DNA of 62,421 bases, filler included, from 6 parts of 6 records of this genome joined end to end with filler, not necessarily neighbours in it, one strand, 5' to 3'; shown: positions 1-10,692, counted from the whole stretch's first letter. Numbers and translations: made by a program. The notes: generated by a model from the sequence alone, not told the origin.

Positions 1-2
1 AT

Positions 3-638
3 TCGGCCGTGAAGGCCCAGCAAGATCGCCACGATCACTTGCTCAACGGGAACGCGGGAAGCGATGAGAATCCTTACCTGATTCACCAAGAGTTGGGCGA
101 TTTGATGACTCGCGTTGCCACCGTGGTTCGCCGAAACGACCAATTGGAAGAAGCGATCAGAAAGGTCGACGAATTGCACGAGCGGGCGATGAAGGTCTCC
201 TTGGCCGACACCGGTTCGTGGACTAACCAAAACGTCATTTTCGCGAAGTCGTTGCAGGACATGTTCCCGCTGGCGAAAGCCTTGCTCAAGGGAGCGTTGC
301 AGCGAGACGAGTGCCGTGGGGCTCACTTCAAGCCTGACTTCAAGAAGCCATCGTTGACTTCCGAGGATCCTGTAGAACGTCGTCGCCAAGCCGAAGCGTG
401 GTGCGATGAGTTTGAAGCCAACAACGAGAAGTATCTCAAGACCACGGTTGCGACTTGGAATGCCACCACGAACCAACCGGATCTCGCTTACGAAGATGTT
501 GATACATCGTTGATCCCACCACGTCCACGTTTGTACGGATTGGTGGGTGCCGAGGCGATCGAAGAAGTTTGGAACGAACGGGCCGCCAAAAAGGTAGCTC
601 AATCGAAATCGGGTGCGGGGTTGGTGGGAGCCAACTGA
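3..638 (+). CDS. sdhA: Succinate dehydrogenase/fumarate reductase flavoprotein subunit, C-terminal part (5' truncated)
   Basis: RDECRGAHFKPDF C-terminal motif; lies directly upstream of the Fe-S subunit; frame open to window edge. Confidence 0.92.
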   Translation, partial: SAVKAQQDRHDHLLNGNAGSDENPYLIHQELGDLMTRVATVVRRNDQLEEAIRKVDELHERAMKVSLADTGSWTNQNVIFAKSLQDMFPLAKALLKGALQRDECRGAHFKPDFKKPSLTSEDPVERRRQAEAWCDEFEANNEKYLKTTVATWNATTNQPDLAYEDVDTSLIPPRPRLYGLVGAEAIEEVWNERAAKKVAQSKSGAGLVGAN

Positions 639-726
639 GTTCTCCTTCAATTTCAACCTTTGCGTTTCCCGCCAATCGCTTTGTTCACCGCACTGCCTCT
701 CAACCACCTTTTGAATTCTTGATCCG

Positions 727-1581
727 ATGATTGCTCTCGAACCCTCGACAAAGAAACGACCCGAGTTCATCAACGTTCGTGTGCGCCGTCAGGACGCTCC
801 CGGAAAAGCTCCGTACTGGGAACTGCACAAGATCAAGTATGAGCCGGAGATGAACGTGATCAGCGTTCTGCAACGGATCGCTGCTCAGTCGACCAATCGC
901 GACGGCAAGAAGGTGACTCCTGTTGCTTGGGATTGCGGTTGCCTGGAAGAGGTTTGCGGTTCCTGCACGATGGTCATCAACGGCCGAGTGCGTCAAAGCT
1001 GCAGTGCATTGGTCGATCGTTTGCTCGCGGACAATGCGGACGAAATCGTTTTGGAGCCGATGAGCAAGTTCCCCGTCGTTCGCGACTTGGTCGTCGACCG
1101 AGCTCGTTTGTTCCAAGGTTTGGAACGAGTCAAAGCCTGGGTGCCCGTCGACAGCTACTACAACATGGGTGCTGGCGAGCGGATCCTGCGGGAAGACCAG
1201 GAACGCAACTATCCACTCAGCCAGTGCATGAGCTGTGGTTGTTGCGTCGAGGCTTGTCCTCAATACAACAAGATCGAGCTGACACAAAAGTCAGGCGAAA
1301 CGGCTGAGGAGTTTGAGGCTCGCAAGCGTCAGGCTTACTCTGAGGCGTTTGTCGGTCCACATGCGATTTCGCAGGCGATGTTGTTCAACAACCATCCCAC
1401 CGGAAAATCGCTCGCCGGCGAGCGACTGGACGCACTCGAAGGACCCGGCGGTTTGGCATCCTGCGGTAACGCTCAGAACTGTGTCGCGGTTTGTCCAAAG
1501 GAAATCCCGCTGACGACCTCCATCGCACGTGCTGGGCGAGCGACGACGCTTCACGCGATCAAGAAGTGGTTCGACAAGTAA
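727..1581 (+). CDS. sdhB: Succinate dehydrogenase iron-sulfur subunit
   Basis: Fe-S motifs CLEEVCGSC, CMSCGCCVEACP and CGNAQNCVAVCPK. Confidence 0.95.
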   Translation: MIALEPSTKKRPEFINVRVRRQDAPGKAPYWELHKIKYEPEMNVISVLQRIAAQSTNRDGKKVTPVAWDCGCLEEVCGSCTMVINGRVRQSCSALVDRLLADNADEIVLEPMSKFPVVRDLVVDRARLFQGLERVKAWVPVDSYYNMGAGERILREDQERNYPLSQCMSCGCCVEACPQYNKIELTQKSGETAEEFEARKRQAYSEAFVGPHAISQAMLFNNHPTGKSLAGERLDALEGPGGLASCGNAQNCVAVCPKEIPLTTSIARAGRATTLHAIKKWFDK

Positions 1582-1986
1582 TTGCGTTGGTTGCGGTATC
1601 TATGGGCCGCTCCCAACACGCTGATCGGTATCACGATCGGACTGTTATTGGGCGGACGCGTTGAGTGGGTTTCAGGAGTCGCTGAAATTCACGGACGCTG
1701 GGTTGCCCGAGGCCTGCGATCGATGCCTGTTCCCGCCGCGGCCATGACGCTCGGCCACGTTGTGCTTGGATGTACGATTGCGGATTTGGAACGTACTCGC
1801 AGGCACGAACGAGTTCACGTGCGGCAATATGAATGCTGGGGGCCTTTCTTCTTGCCCGCCTATCTCGGTGCTTCGTTGGTGTTGAAGCTGATGGGCCGCG
1901 ACGCTTATCGCGGCAATCCATTTGAGATCGAAGCCTATGCCGTGGACGACCCATCGGCGGTAACATATCCGCCCCGGGGCGTCTGA
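1582..1986 (+). CDS. Small HExxH protein (possible zincin/DUF4157-like)
   Basis: MTLGHVVLG...HERVHVRQYE...NPFEIEAY pattern; TTG start abuts the sdhB stop. Confidence 0.7.
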   Translation: MRWLRYLWAAPNTLIGITIGLLLGGRVEWVSGVAEIHGRWVARGLRSMPVPAAAMTLGHVVLGCTIADLERTRRHERVHVRQYECWGPFFLPAYLGASLVLKLMGRDAYRGNPFEIEAYAVDDPSAVTYPPRGV

Positions 1987-2018
1987 TCAGTTCGACACCT
2001 GAACCAGTATCGTCCGCC

Positions 2019-3584
2019 TCAAGGCTTGGACGTATCCGGCGTGATGTCGAGGCTCCAGTTGTGCAGCAATCCAAACCGTTCGCTGCGGGTTCCCACGATC
2101 ACCAATTGCCAAGTGCCCTGAACATTCTTTCCATTGAAAGAGCTTAGGCTGGGTTGGTTCTTCAGCCGGCCTTCGGGGATGAAGGTTCCTTCGAAGGGTG
2201 GACGAGCTTTGGTGATTGGCAGTCGTGCATCGTCATCGAATCGAGTTCGGTCGAAGTGATCATCGTGACCGCCGACTCCCGAGAACAATTCGATCTTCGT
2301 CTCGTCGGGGCCGACCAGGTAGGCATCGAGCGCCTCGTCGTGAGTGTGCGTGATCGAAAGCTGAACGTCGACGTCCGCGATCAGATACTCTTCTTCGATG
2401 AAGATTTCTGAGACGACCGTTTTGCGAGGCGGCAAAGCGGAAGCGGTTTCGTTTCGGTAGTTGCCGCCCATCAAAGCGGTTGATCCCGCGAGCTCGCTTT
2501 TGGTTAGCAGACCATCGGCGTTTTGGTCGTACGATTCAAACTCAGCCAGTAATTCAGGGGTCCATTCGGAGGTGAATTCCGGCATCGAGATCTGTTGGTC
2601 GCCGTCTTCGTCGCGTTCAAAGAACCACGGCGGCAATCCTTCCGCATCCTGGTCTTCTCGTTCTTGAACTTGAAGGAGGTGGTCGTTGAGTTCGTCACGA
2701 GAAATCTCGCCGTCTCGGTCGAGGTCAATCCGGCCGAAGGGAATGCCCATTGCGACGGTCTCGCTCGCTTCCAGCCGTCCGTTGCGATTCTTGTCAAATC
2801 GTTCCATCACGGTCGATGCGAGGTAATAGCGACGGTCGCGTCGCCAGTAACGTGAGTCATCTTCGCGGTCGGATGATTCGTTGCGACGGACTTCGCTTCC
2901 AACTCGGCGGTTCTTCTGCACCAGTTCGCGAGAGGCACCTGACAGCAGTCGTCGACGTGCGTAACGCTGAGCCAGTTCGACTGTGCTGAGCCGGTTGTCT
3001 TTGTCGTAATCCTCTTCGAAAGGATCACGAAATTTCCAGTCAGCTCGTTCAACTTCACGGCGGTCGAGGAAGCCATCGCCGTTTCGATCGCTTCGGGACA
3101 TCGTTCGTTCGGCTTGGCGATAGTCCGAGATGGTGTATTGGAATTTCATTTCGCCCAAACCAAACTCAGGAACCATCGGCTCGTCGTCTCGAGGTCCGAA
3201 CGGAAGAACCGTCACATCGGCTTCCGGATCGACTTCTCGCCCGGCAACGCCATTTTGCAGTGCGTGGTAGATCCGAGCAGCTTCCTGCCAGCGTTCAACC
3301 GAGTTGTCCCGGTTCAGGTCCATGCGGCGGGCTTCGGCCACACGTTCCAAATACGGACGAGCAAGTGCCGTGATCTCTTCTGGTTCAATGTCGCCGTCTT
3401 GATCACGATCGAGTCGTTCAAGTGATTCGCGAAGCCCTGATTGTGCTTGGGCGACGTTACCGTCCGAAACCACGGTGACGCCAATGGCGGCCATCGAGAC
3501 CGGCAGAGCGGCGCGAAGAACGGTGCGACGCAACGATTTGATGAGCGAAGAGGACATGGCCGCGTTCCAGTGGAATCGCATCAT
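2019..3584 (-). CDS. Secreted multi-EF-hand protein with C-terminal proprotein-convertase P-domain
   Basis: Signal-like N-terminus; about 7 DxDxDG-type loops; C-terminal DVDVQLSITHTH...GTWQLVI...LHNWSL; ATGA overlap with the upstream stop. Confidence 0.8.
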   Translation of the reverse strand: MMRFHWNAAMSSSLIKSLRRTVLRAALPVSMAAIGVTVVSDGNVAQAQSGLRESLERLDRDQDGDIEPEEITALARPYLERVAEARRMDLNRDNSVERWQEAARIYHALQNGVAGREVDPEADVTVLPFGPRDDEPMVPEFGLGEMKFQYTISDYRQAERTMSRSDRNGDGFLDRREVERADWKFRDPFEEDYDKDNRLSTVELAQRYARRRLLSGASRELVQKNRRVGSEVRRNESSDREDDSRYWRRDRRYYLASTVMERFDKNRNGRLEASETVAMGIPFGRIDLDRDGEISRDELNDHLLQVQEREDQDAEGLPPWFFERDEDGDQQISMPEFTSEWTPELLAEFESYDQNADGLLTKSELAGSTALMGGNYRNETASALPPRKTVVSEIFIEEEYLIADVDVQLSITHTHDEALDAYLVGPDETKIELFSGVGGHDDHFDRTRFDDDARLPITKARPPFEGTFIPEGRLKNQPSLSSFNGKNVQGTWQLVIVGTRSERFGLLHNWSLDITPDTSKP

Positions 3585-6385
3585 CGCCCTCCTCGGTCTC
3601 GCGAACGATCGCGGGATGAAGATGTGGTTGAGCGGCGGCTGGTGATGGTCGACGCACCGAGCACCTGTTGCAGCACTTCCCCCATCACTTCATCGCTGCT
3701 GGGAATGATGACTTCGACGGCCTGTTCTCCACGCGAATCGATTGTTTGCACGAGGGTTTCAACTTCCGCGAACAGTTGCTGAGGTGCAGTCACGATCAAG
3801 GAATTGCTGGCTTCGTGAACGGCAACGGTCATCTTCGGTTCCAAATCGCGAGCCGCTTGCGAGGCCGACTTCTTGGGTGGATTTTTTGAGTTGCCGCGGT
3901 TGTCACCATTGCGAGCCGCGTCGCGTGCTTCGGAATCGTTTCCACCACCGGCTGCCGCATCGGCTTTGCCAGCTCCTTCGGCCATGCGACCGGCGTAAGC
4001 GGCTTGAACGGCTTCGGCGACGTCCGCCGCACGAGTGTGTTTGAGTTCAATGACGCGAGAGGTGCCGTAGGTTTGCACCGTCGTGATGCTGCGGTCTTTG
4101 TCGATGATCTTGAGGTAGTTTTCGATCAGGTCGATGTCGTCGGAGGATCCTTGAGCAATCAAGCGATTCAAACGCGAATCGGAAACGATCGTGATGGAAC
4201 CGAACAGCAACGTCATCGTTCCGTCGCGTGTGGTCAGGAAGCTGCCCAGGTAGCCGCCGGATGAAACCGAAGTCATCGTTCCATTGATCAACGTTCCGGC
4301 TTCGCCTTCCTTGGCCGCTTCTCCGCCTTCGAGCAATTCCGCCAGCATTCGAAGCGCGTCGTCGGGACGAATGTGTTTCAGGTAGAACGCGATGGGTGGA
4401 GATGACGCGGGCTGCATCGATGTTCCGAGCGATCGCAAGTGTTGCTCGAATTCATTGAGTGCCGTGGTGTCTTCGGATTGAAGAATCAATCCACGCGACG
4501 TGATTTGGCAAGTGATCGGTTCGGATCGCGAACGTGTGACGGTTGTCAGCAGTCGAGCTTCGGTGGGTTCGTCGGTCAGGCTTCGTTTGCTGGTCAGTTC
4601 GAGAGCACCGTGATCAGCGCCGGGATCTGAACTCTCGGACGCGTCGCCTTCGTCTTCGTTGGGGACACGTTCAAGGACATCGGGCGAATCGGATTCGTGC
4701 CCTGGGTAGAGGATCACCGGGTTCGTGGATTGCCAAAATTTGGCCCCGGTTTCCAGCAAGCGTTCGGCATTTTTGCCTTTGAACGGAAGCACGCGAATTT
4801 GTTCGGCGTCGCTTGATACGCCACCCTTTTCGAGCCCTTCGACGATGGTTTTGATCTGGTCAATGCGATGCCGTTTGCCTCGAACGAAGAGGCGGCGGTT
4901 GCCGGGGTCAGCATCGATTCGAGGAGTGTCCGGATCAATGTCGTCCGGGTCGGCGTACTCGTCGGGCAGATCCAACATCTGGTCGATCAAGCTGATCGCG
5001 TAGGACGGATCGACGGACTTCAGTTGGATGACTTCGAACTCGTCGTCGGCAGCCTGAAGTTCTTCCACGGTTTGGCTGATTTCTGCTTGAGTTTCAGCCG
5101 ACGCCAAAGCCACGATGGTGCCAGCGTCATCGTCCATTGAAAGCCGAACGGTTTTGCCGGAAAGCAATGTCTGCAAAACGTTGTAGACCGTTCGAACGTT
5201 CCCGCCGGGAACGAGGTAAGACCGAAGCTGCATCGGTTCGTTTGAGGAGGCCTTGGCAGAGTCGGGTTGATCGACCGCTTTGACCAAACCTTCGAGCAGC
5301 TTCACTTTGTCTTCGATGCCGGTGACGAAGATGCTGTTGCCACCCAGGTCGGCCGACAGGCTGACATCGATACCGATCATTTCATCCGTCGCCAAGCCCA
5401 AGTGGGGGCGAGCAACCGTCAGCACGTCGTCTGCTGTGACGTGTTGCAATTGGAATGATTGTACAATCGTGCCGTTGTCCATCTCGTCCAATTTGAACGC
5501 CGACAGGACTCGTTGAACGCTTCTCAGTTTCGCGACAGAATCAGTAACGATCAGTTGATTGGTTTTGTTGAGGACCGTGGGGCTGGTCATCAAGTTGAGC
5601 GCCGACAATTCCTGGACAGCGTCTTCGCCATCGATCTCACCAAGTGAGAAAATGCACTTGGCGACGTCGTGCGGTTTTCTGTCAGCGAGTTGTTCGGCGT
5701 CGACAAACTCGGCCAATGTTTCGAGTTGTTGAACACCGCGTGGATCGGTCAAATCGATGACCGAAAGCAAGCGACCGCTGCGCACCAAAGTAAAGCCTTC
5801 CGAGATCAGAAACAGATTGACTCGATCAATCGCTTCTTGAACGGTGAACTCACTGTTGTCGCTGTAGGTAAAGCTGCCCGATGGCAGCTCACTGATATGG
5901 AGTGCCAAGTGAGCTTCATCGGCCAGCCACTGGATCACTTCTCGCCACGGCACGCCGTTGAACGAGAACCGCAACGTTTCAGCTGTTTGCCCATCCACGT
6001 TGGATTGTTCCACCGAATCGGCGGGGGCGACGTCGGCAACTTCGTCCGCCGAACATGCACTCATCATTGGTGCCGCTGTTCCACTGCCCACGCATGCACC
6101 GGCGAGCACGGCCAAAGCCAGCGAAGCTCGAACTCGTCGTTTACTCGAAACGCTGCGTTGACGCTTGGTCTTAAGACCGGCGGACGCATTGCGGCTTGAG
6201 AAACATTCGTCCAAAGCGACCCATCGCTTTGGGAAGTTCAATGCATTGTTCATGAGGCTGGAAGCTCGGTGGCGGTGAAACCATCGGCTTTGATTCGGTG
6301 GGAGGTGGGGAGCGATCGAAGGAACTGTCGACGAAGAGGATCGCAGGGGGGACTTGTAGAGTACTGAATTATCAAGCAGAGTCAA
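3581..6385 (-). CDS. Secretin N-domain repeat protein (GspD-like N0 plus NolW-like repeats), no secretin pore domain; start uncertain, possibly ~6253
   Basis: LRFSFNGVPWREVIQWLA N0-like segment; repeated LKH..A..V / D...N.LIV ring-building units. Confidence 0.8.
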   Translation of the reverse strand: MTLLDNSVLYKSPLRSSSSTVPSIAPHLPPNQSRWFHRHRASSLMNNALNFPKRWVALDECFSSRNASAGLKTKRQRSVSSKRRVRASLALAVLAGACVGSGTAAPMMSACSADEVADVAPADSVEQSNVDGQTAETLRFSFNGVPWREVIQWLADEAHLALHISELPSGSFTYSDNSEFTVQEAIDRVNLFLISEGFTLVRSGRLLSVIDLTDPRGVQQLETLAEFVDAEQLADRKPHDVAKCIFSLGEIDGEDAVQELSALNLMTSPTVLNKTNQLIVTDSVAKLRSVQRVLSAFKLDEMDNGTIVQSFQLQHVTADDVLTVARPHLGLATDEMIGIDVSLSADLGGNSIFVTGIEDKVKLLEGLVKAVDQPDSAKASSNEPMQLRSYLVPGGNVRTVYNVLQTLLSGKTVRLSMDDDAGTIVALASAETQAEISQTVEELQAADDEFEVIQLKSVDPSYAISLIDQMLDLPDEYADPDDIDPDTPRIDADPGNRRLFVRGKRHRIDQIKTIVEGLEKGGVSSDAEQIRVLPFKGKNAERLLETGAKFWQSTNPVILYPGHESDSPDVLERVPNEDEGDASESSDPGADHGALELTSKRSLTDEPTEARLLTTVTRSRSEPITCQITSRGLILQSEDTTALNEFEQHLRSLGTSMQPASSPPIAFYLKHIRPDDALRMLAELLEGGEAAKEGEAGTLINGTMTSVSSGGYLGSFLTTRDGTMTLLFGSITIVSDSRLNRLIAQGSSDDIDLIENYLKIIDKDRSITTVQTYGTSRVIELKHTRAADVAEAVQAAYAGRMAEGAGKADAAAGGGNDSEARDAARNGDNRGNSKNPPKKSASQAARDLEPKMTVAVHEASNSLIVTAPQQLFAEVETLVQTIDSRGEQAVEVIIPSSDEVMGEVLQQVLGASTITSRRSTTSSSRDRSRDRGGR

Positions 6386-6616
6386 TGTTTTTCGGGGTTT
6401 TCGGGCTGCCGAAGACCACTGTGATCATTTGTCTGTATCACTCTCGCGGCGCGAATCTTGGCAAATTCGCCTTGCTCGCGCGCTGAATGACTCGAAGTCA
6501 CGACGCGATCCAGACCACTGGACAAAATGTCGGTCCCTGGATGCCGCTGTGGCACCCATTCGGTGGCCGCGAGACGGATTTATGAATCGGCATGCCGACG
6601 CACGGCGAGTTCACGA

Positions 6617-7075
6617 TCAAACGGATTGAATTTGCCGAATCAGGGCGAGAATTGCCTCGGCTTGGTCGATTCCACCAGCCTGCTTCACGAATTCGGCACC
6701 CGCCTGCAGCGTTTCCATGCTGACCGCACCCGTCGTTGGTGCTGGCGCGGATGGCGCGTTTGGCGTCGCTGCCGGTTCAGGGACGGCTGCGACTTGGCGG
6801 CGGCGTTTCGAAGGAGCGGACTTCTTTGCCGCCTTGCGTTTTTCCTGCGACCGAACGTTCCCGACATCCTGGTATTTGATGCCGTGTTCTTCCAAAGCGG
6901 CAACGATTTCCGTGTTCCGAGCCTCGGGATGAGCCTGAATGTAGCGACGGATTCGCTCGCTTTTGCTCATAGCAGGCGCATCCGAATTCGACGACGATCC
7001 AGCGTCGTTGCTGGCATTGGGAACGGAGCTTTCCGAGGCGGAAGCGTTGATCAAATCGGGTTGGGTCGTATCCAT
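6617..7075 (-). CDS. Planctomycete-type small basic hypothetical protein, possibly DNA-binding
   Basis: SKSERIRRYIQAHPEA...EIVAALEEHGI helical N-domain, K/R/A/P-rich linker, C-terminal AEFVKQAGGIDQAEAIL hairpin. Confidence 0.7.
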   Translation of the reverse strand: MDTTQPDLINASASESSVPNASNDAGSSSNSDAPAMSKSERIRRYIQAHPEARNTEIVAALEEHGIKYQDVGNVRSQEKRKAAKKSAPSKRRRQVAAVPEPAATPNAPSAPAPTTGAVSMETLQAGAEFVKQAGGIDQAEAILALIRQIQSV

Positions 7076-7212
7076 GAACGTTCGTTGCTAGCAATTTTCG
7101 GGCAAATCAGAACGTCCCATTAAAATCACTCGACTAGAAATTTGAAACCGTTCATCGGTACATCTGTGACCTCGTTCGGTGAGCTTTCCGTTGCTACGCA
7201 ATCAAAACGAGG

Positions 7213-8664
7213 TCACACGGCGGGAAAGATCGCCGCGGCAACAACGGTGACCAGCAACGCTGAAACACCCAACGCGGCACTCATCGGAGAGATCGTTCGC
7301 AGGGCTTCTTTCTCGGTCATGCCCGTCATTTCGGAGATGATCCAAAACGCGCTGTCGGTCATCCATGAGATCGGTTTGCTTCCCGCACCGATCGCCATCG
7401 CCAGGTAGACCGGGTGAAACGGAAGCTCGCCGCTGGTTGCCAGTGATTGCAGAATGCTGGCCGAAGTGATCATCGCGATGGTCGCCGAGCCTTGGATCGT
7501 TCGGATCGCGGTCGTCACGAGGAATGCCAACGGAAGCAACCAAAGCCCGGGGAATCCTTTGGCGATGGAACCGACGACTTCTGCGATGCCGGCTTGATAG
7601 AGCATTTTACCCATCGCCCCACCGGCGGCGGTGATCAGAATGATGGATCCGGCGGAGGCGATCGCAGCGGAAACCACTTTGCGTCGTTGGTCGTTGGGAA
7701 CCCAGCGGATCAATCCGAACGCGACGAGGCAACCTAACCCCAACGCGAGGTTCTTGTCGCCCAACCGAAGGATCCATCCCAGCAGTTCGGATTCCGCGAC
7801 GGCTTCGCTTCCGTAAACGGATTTGATGGTCGATCCGAGCGCGATCAGAACCACCGGCAAGGCGATTGGGAACAGCGACAGCCACAATGGCGGTTTGGGT
7901 GGGACCTCTGTCGATTGATCGCCGGCTGATGCTAGTCGCTGGGTCTCAGGGCGAATCTCCTCGCCATCTTCGTCGCGAAGTGGCAGATCGACAAAGTGAT
8001 TGATGACTCTGGCGGCGGCCAACGCAATCACGCTGGTGATGCTGCCGATACCGAGCCCGGCGATCAACATCGCACCGATTTCGACTTCTAAGAAAGCGGC
8101 CACCTGAAGTGGGCCAGGCGTCGGCGGGATCAACGAGTGCGTGATCGATCCACCTGCCAAGATGGCCAAGATGAACAAGACATAGTTCTTCCCCGTTTTG
8201 CGGCGCAGTGACCTGGCCAGCGGGAGCATCAGGTAGAAAACCGTGTCGAAGAACACGGGGATGCCAAGAACAAACGACGCCACGGCCATTGCTTCGGGAG
8301 CACGTTGTTCCCCGGTCCAGCGGAGCATCGTGTCAACGATTCTCGCCGCCGCACCGGACTGCATCAGCAATCCGCCAATGACGCTGGCCAATGCGATCAC
8401 GATTCCAATGGAACCGGCGGTCGCACCGAAGGCATCTGCGACTCGCGTCGACGCGGATTGTCCGACGAAGGCGGTGGCTTCGGCGTCCGTGAATTTGCCG
8501 TCGGCCAATCTTGCCGATGCAAACGATGACAATTGAGCCGGCGTGGTCAGCATCGCCACCATGATTGCCGTCGATAGCAACGCCAGAAACGGATGCAGTC
8601 GGAACGCGAGGATCGAGACCAGCACCATCGTCACGGCGAGCGCGACCAACCACCAGATCGTCAA
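7213..8664 (-). CDS. GntP-family gluconate/sugar-acid permease
   Basis: Multi-TM; motifs LHPFLAL, GIPVFFD, PPTPGP and GSATIAMIT. Confidence 0.88.
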   Translation of the reverse strand: MTIWWLVALAVTMVLVSILAFRLHPFLALLSTAIMVAMLTTPAQLSSFASARLADGKFTDAEATAFVGQSASTRVADAFGATAGSIGIVIALASVIGGLLMQSGAAARIVDTMLRWTGEQRAPEAMAVASFVLGIPVFFDTVFYLMLPLARSLRRKTGKNYVLFILAILAGGSITHSLIPPTPGPLQVAAFLEVEIGAMLIAGLGIGSITSVIALAAARVINHFVDLPLRDEDGEEIRPETQRLASAGDQSTEVPPKPPLWLSLFPIALPVVLIALGSTIKSVYGSEAVAESELLGWILRLGDKNLALGLGCLVAFGLIRWVPNDQRRKVVSAAIASAGSIILITAAGGAMGKMLYQAGIAEVVGSIAKGFPGLWLLPLAFLVTTAIRTIQGSATIAMITSASILQSLATSGELPFHPVYLAMAIGAGSKPISWMTDSAFWIISEMTGMTEKEALRTISPMSAALGVSALLVTVVAAAIFPAV

Positions 8665-8708
8665 AATTTCTACTCACAGCGTGGGGAATGGATGTGTGAC
8701 GCCAGAGT

Positions 8709-9512
8709 CTACTCCAAGCAGACACGCCATTGCCCGTCGATCAAACGTTCTTGTGGGACGAAACGAGATTTGTAATTCAGGTGCGGGTTCTCGGCGACAT
8801 ACAAACCCAAGTAGACCCAGGTGCGGCCGTTGTCTTTGGCCCACTGAATTTGCTGCAACACCGCGAATGTTCCCAAGCTGAACTTGGATGCGATGGGGTC
8901 AAAGTGCGTGTACACGGCACTGATGCTGTCTCGACCGATGTCCATGATCGAAACGCCGACCAATTGGTCTTGATGTCGAATTTCAAGCTCGAGGGTCGGC
9001 CAGCACGATGCGATCAAGAACGTCTCGTAGTCCGATGCACTGATGTCACCGTCGTGGGCCAAACCACGCAGATTGCGATGATCGTTGTAAAGACGAACAC
9101 GATCCGCGTCGACTCGCGGGGTTTGCCAACTCCAGGTCAGTTCACGCTCCGCCTTCTTCAGGACACGACGCAATGATTTTGTTAGCTGAAAGTCATCCGC
9201 GCGCAGTCGAGTTGGTTGGCAGGCACGGCAATTCGGACAATTCGTGTGATAGACGAATTGACTGCTGCGACGAAAGCCGGCGGCCAGCAGCGTGTCCGTG
9301 TCGTCGCTGCGGCGTGGCGGCGTCGGGTAGTAAAGCGGCATACGAGCCGGTTCGCCATCGATGTAGGGACAATCGCTGACGGCATCCTGAACCAACATCA
9401 TTCGATGACGCAGGGGCTCGGCACTTTCGGGAAAATGATCTCTCGCGGGACTCATGTCATCCAGCGTACCGGATTGCGGCGGCGATGGATCGGGTTGTCG
9501 TTTGGTAGCCAA
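8709..9512 (-). CDS. Arginyl-tRNA-protein transferase-like protein (Bpt, Asp/Glu leucyltransferase)
   Basis: CPY, GFRRS...CPNCRACQPTR, SAVYTHFDP...SLGT, YLGLYV...YKSRF. Confidence 0.88.
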   Translation of the reverse strand: MATKRQPDPSPPQSGTLDDMSPARDHFPESAEPLRHRMMLVQDAVSDCPYIDGEPARMPLYYPTPPRRSDDTDTLLAAGFRRSSQFVYHTNCPNCRACQPTRLRADDFQLTKSLRRVLKKAERELTWSWQTPRVDADRVRLYNDHRNLRGLAHDGDISASDYETFLIASCWPTLELEIRHQDQLVGVSIMDIGRDSISAVYTHFDPIASKFSLGTFAVLQQIQWAKDNGRTWVYLGLYVAENPHLNYKSRFVPQERLIDGQWRVCLE

Positions 9513-9525
9513 TTTGTTGTCGAAG

Positions 9526-10692
9526 TCAAAGAGCGTCGTTCACCAATTCTTGGCTGCGGGCGGTCCCAAGTGCGCCCCAGATACCATGTGGGCTTTCTGT
9601 GTGCACGTACTTGGATTGGTATGACGAATCGTTGTCGTCTTCATGATCGGTTTCAACTGGATCGACTCCCTTCGCTTCGTTCGATTTGGTCAACCGAACG
9701 ACCGCTGTGGTTGAGTCACCATGGTCGATTGATTCGGTGATGAATTTGACCGCACCATCGGCCATCAACACATGTGCTCCACCTTGATGAAAGCTGCCAG
9801 CAGAGTAGATGCCTGGGGCGGTCAACTGCTTTCCGACGGAACAGCTTGGCGAGTTGGGTGGCAGAATCGTGTTGACGGCCGCAATGGCTGAAGCCCCATC
9901 TGCCCACCGACCGCCCCGCCCGACGCTGGCGAGTTGGATCGAGGGGGCATAGAAATCAGGACGATCCACGTTCAGAGTTTCTCGGCACGTGGCGGGTGAT
10001 TCAAAGATTTGCTCGGTCGTTCGAATCGCGGTTTGTCCGATGTCCCAACGATCGCCGAGGTCGTTGCCGATCTCACACATGGCAATCGTGTTGGACAAGC
10101 CATCGGTGATCGTTCGGAAGTTTGGGACATGCGCCCCTGCGAAGATGCCTCGCACCGATTGCGTTGTCGAGTGCTCGGTATTCAGCATGTCAACTTGGTC
10201 GCCGACGCAAAACGCATAGCTCGTTAATCCAAATGGTTCGGGCGTGGCCGCTGAGGAGGGGCATTGATAGGTTGGAATCTGTGTGGTCCAAGGATCGTAG
10301 GTTTCGACCCAGGGTGCCGGACCCATTGGTGGGTACAACATTCCGTTGAATTCAGATGGGTTGGCAATGGTTTCCCACATGCTTGACGCTTCGATGAACG
10401 GCATCAACGCCACCAAGCCGCTGAGTCGTCGCGAGTTGCCATCGCGTTCGGATGGCCCTCGAAGTGTGCCTCCTTGGGCGGAAGGAAGGTGCTCGTAGGC
10501 CGAGTGGTAGTTGTGTAGGCCAAGCCCGATCTGTTTGAAGTTGTTGCTGCAGGTCATTCTTCTGGCGGCTCCACTGGATGTGCGAACCGCGGGCATCAGC
10601 AGTCCAATCAAGACGGCGATGATGCCAATAACCACAAGAAGTTCAAGCAGTGTGAAGGCGTGGCGTCTTGGTTTCGTGGTGTGCAGTGTCAT
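9526..10692 (-). CDS. DUF1559 prepilin-like protein with H-X9-DG motif
   Basis: [14 protein letters not shown] type IV prepilin N-terminus; [30 protein letters not shown]. Confidence 0.92.
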   Translation of the reverse strand: MTLHTTKPRRHAFTLLELLVVIGIIAVLIGLLMPAVRTSSGAARRMTCSNNFKQIGLGLHNYHSAYEHLPSAQGGTLRGPSERDGNSRRLSGLVALMPFIEASSMWETIANPSEFNGMLYPPMGPAPWVETYDPWTTQIPTYQCPSSAATPEPFGLTSYAFCVGDQVDMLNTEHSTTQSVRGIFAGAHVPNFRTITDGLSNTIAMCEIGNDLGDRWDIGQTAIRTTEQIFESPATCRETLNVDRPDFYAPSIQLASVGRGGRWADGASAIAAVNTILPPNSPSCSVGKQLTAPGIYSAGSFHQGGAHVLMADGAVKFITESIDHGDSTTAVVRLTKSNEAKGVDPVETDHEDDNDSSYQSKYVHTESPHGIWGALGTARSQELVNDAL

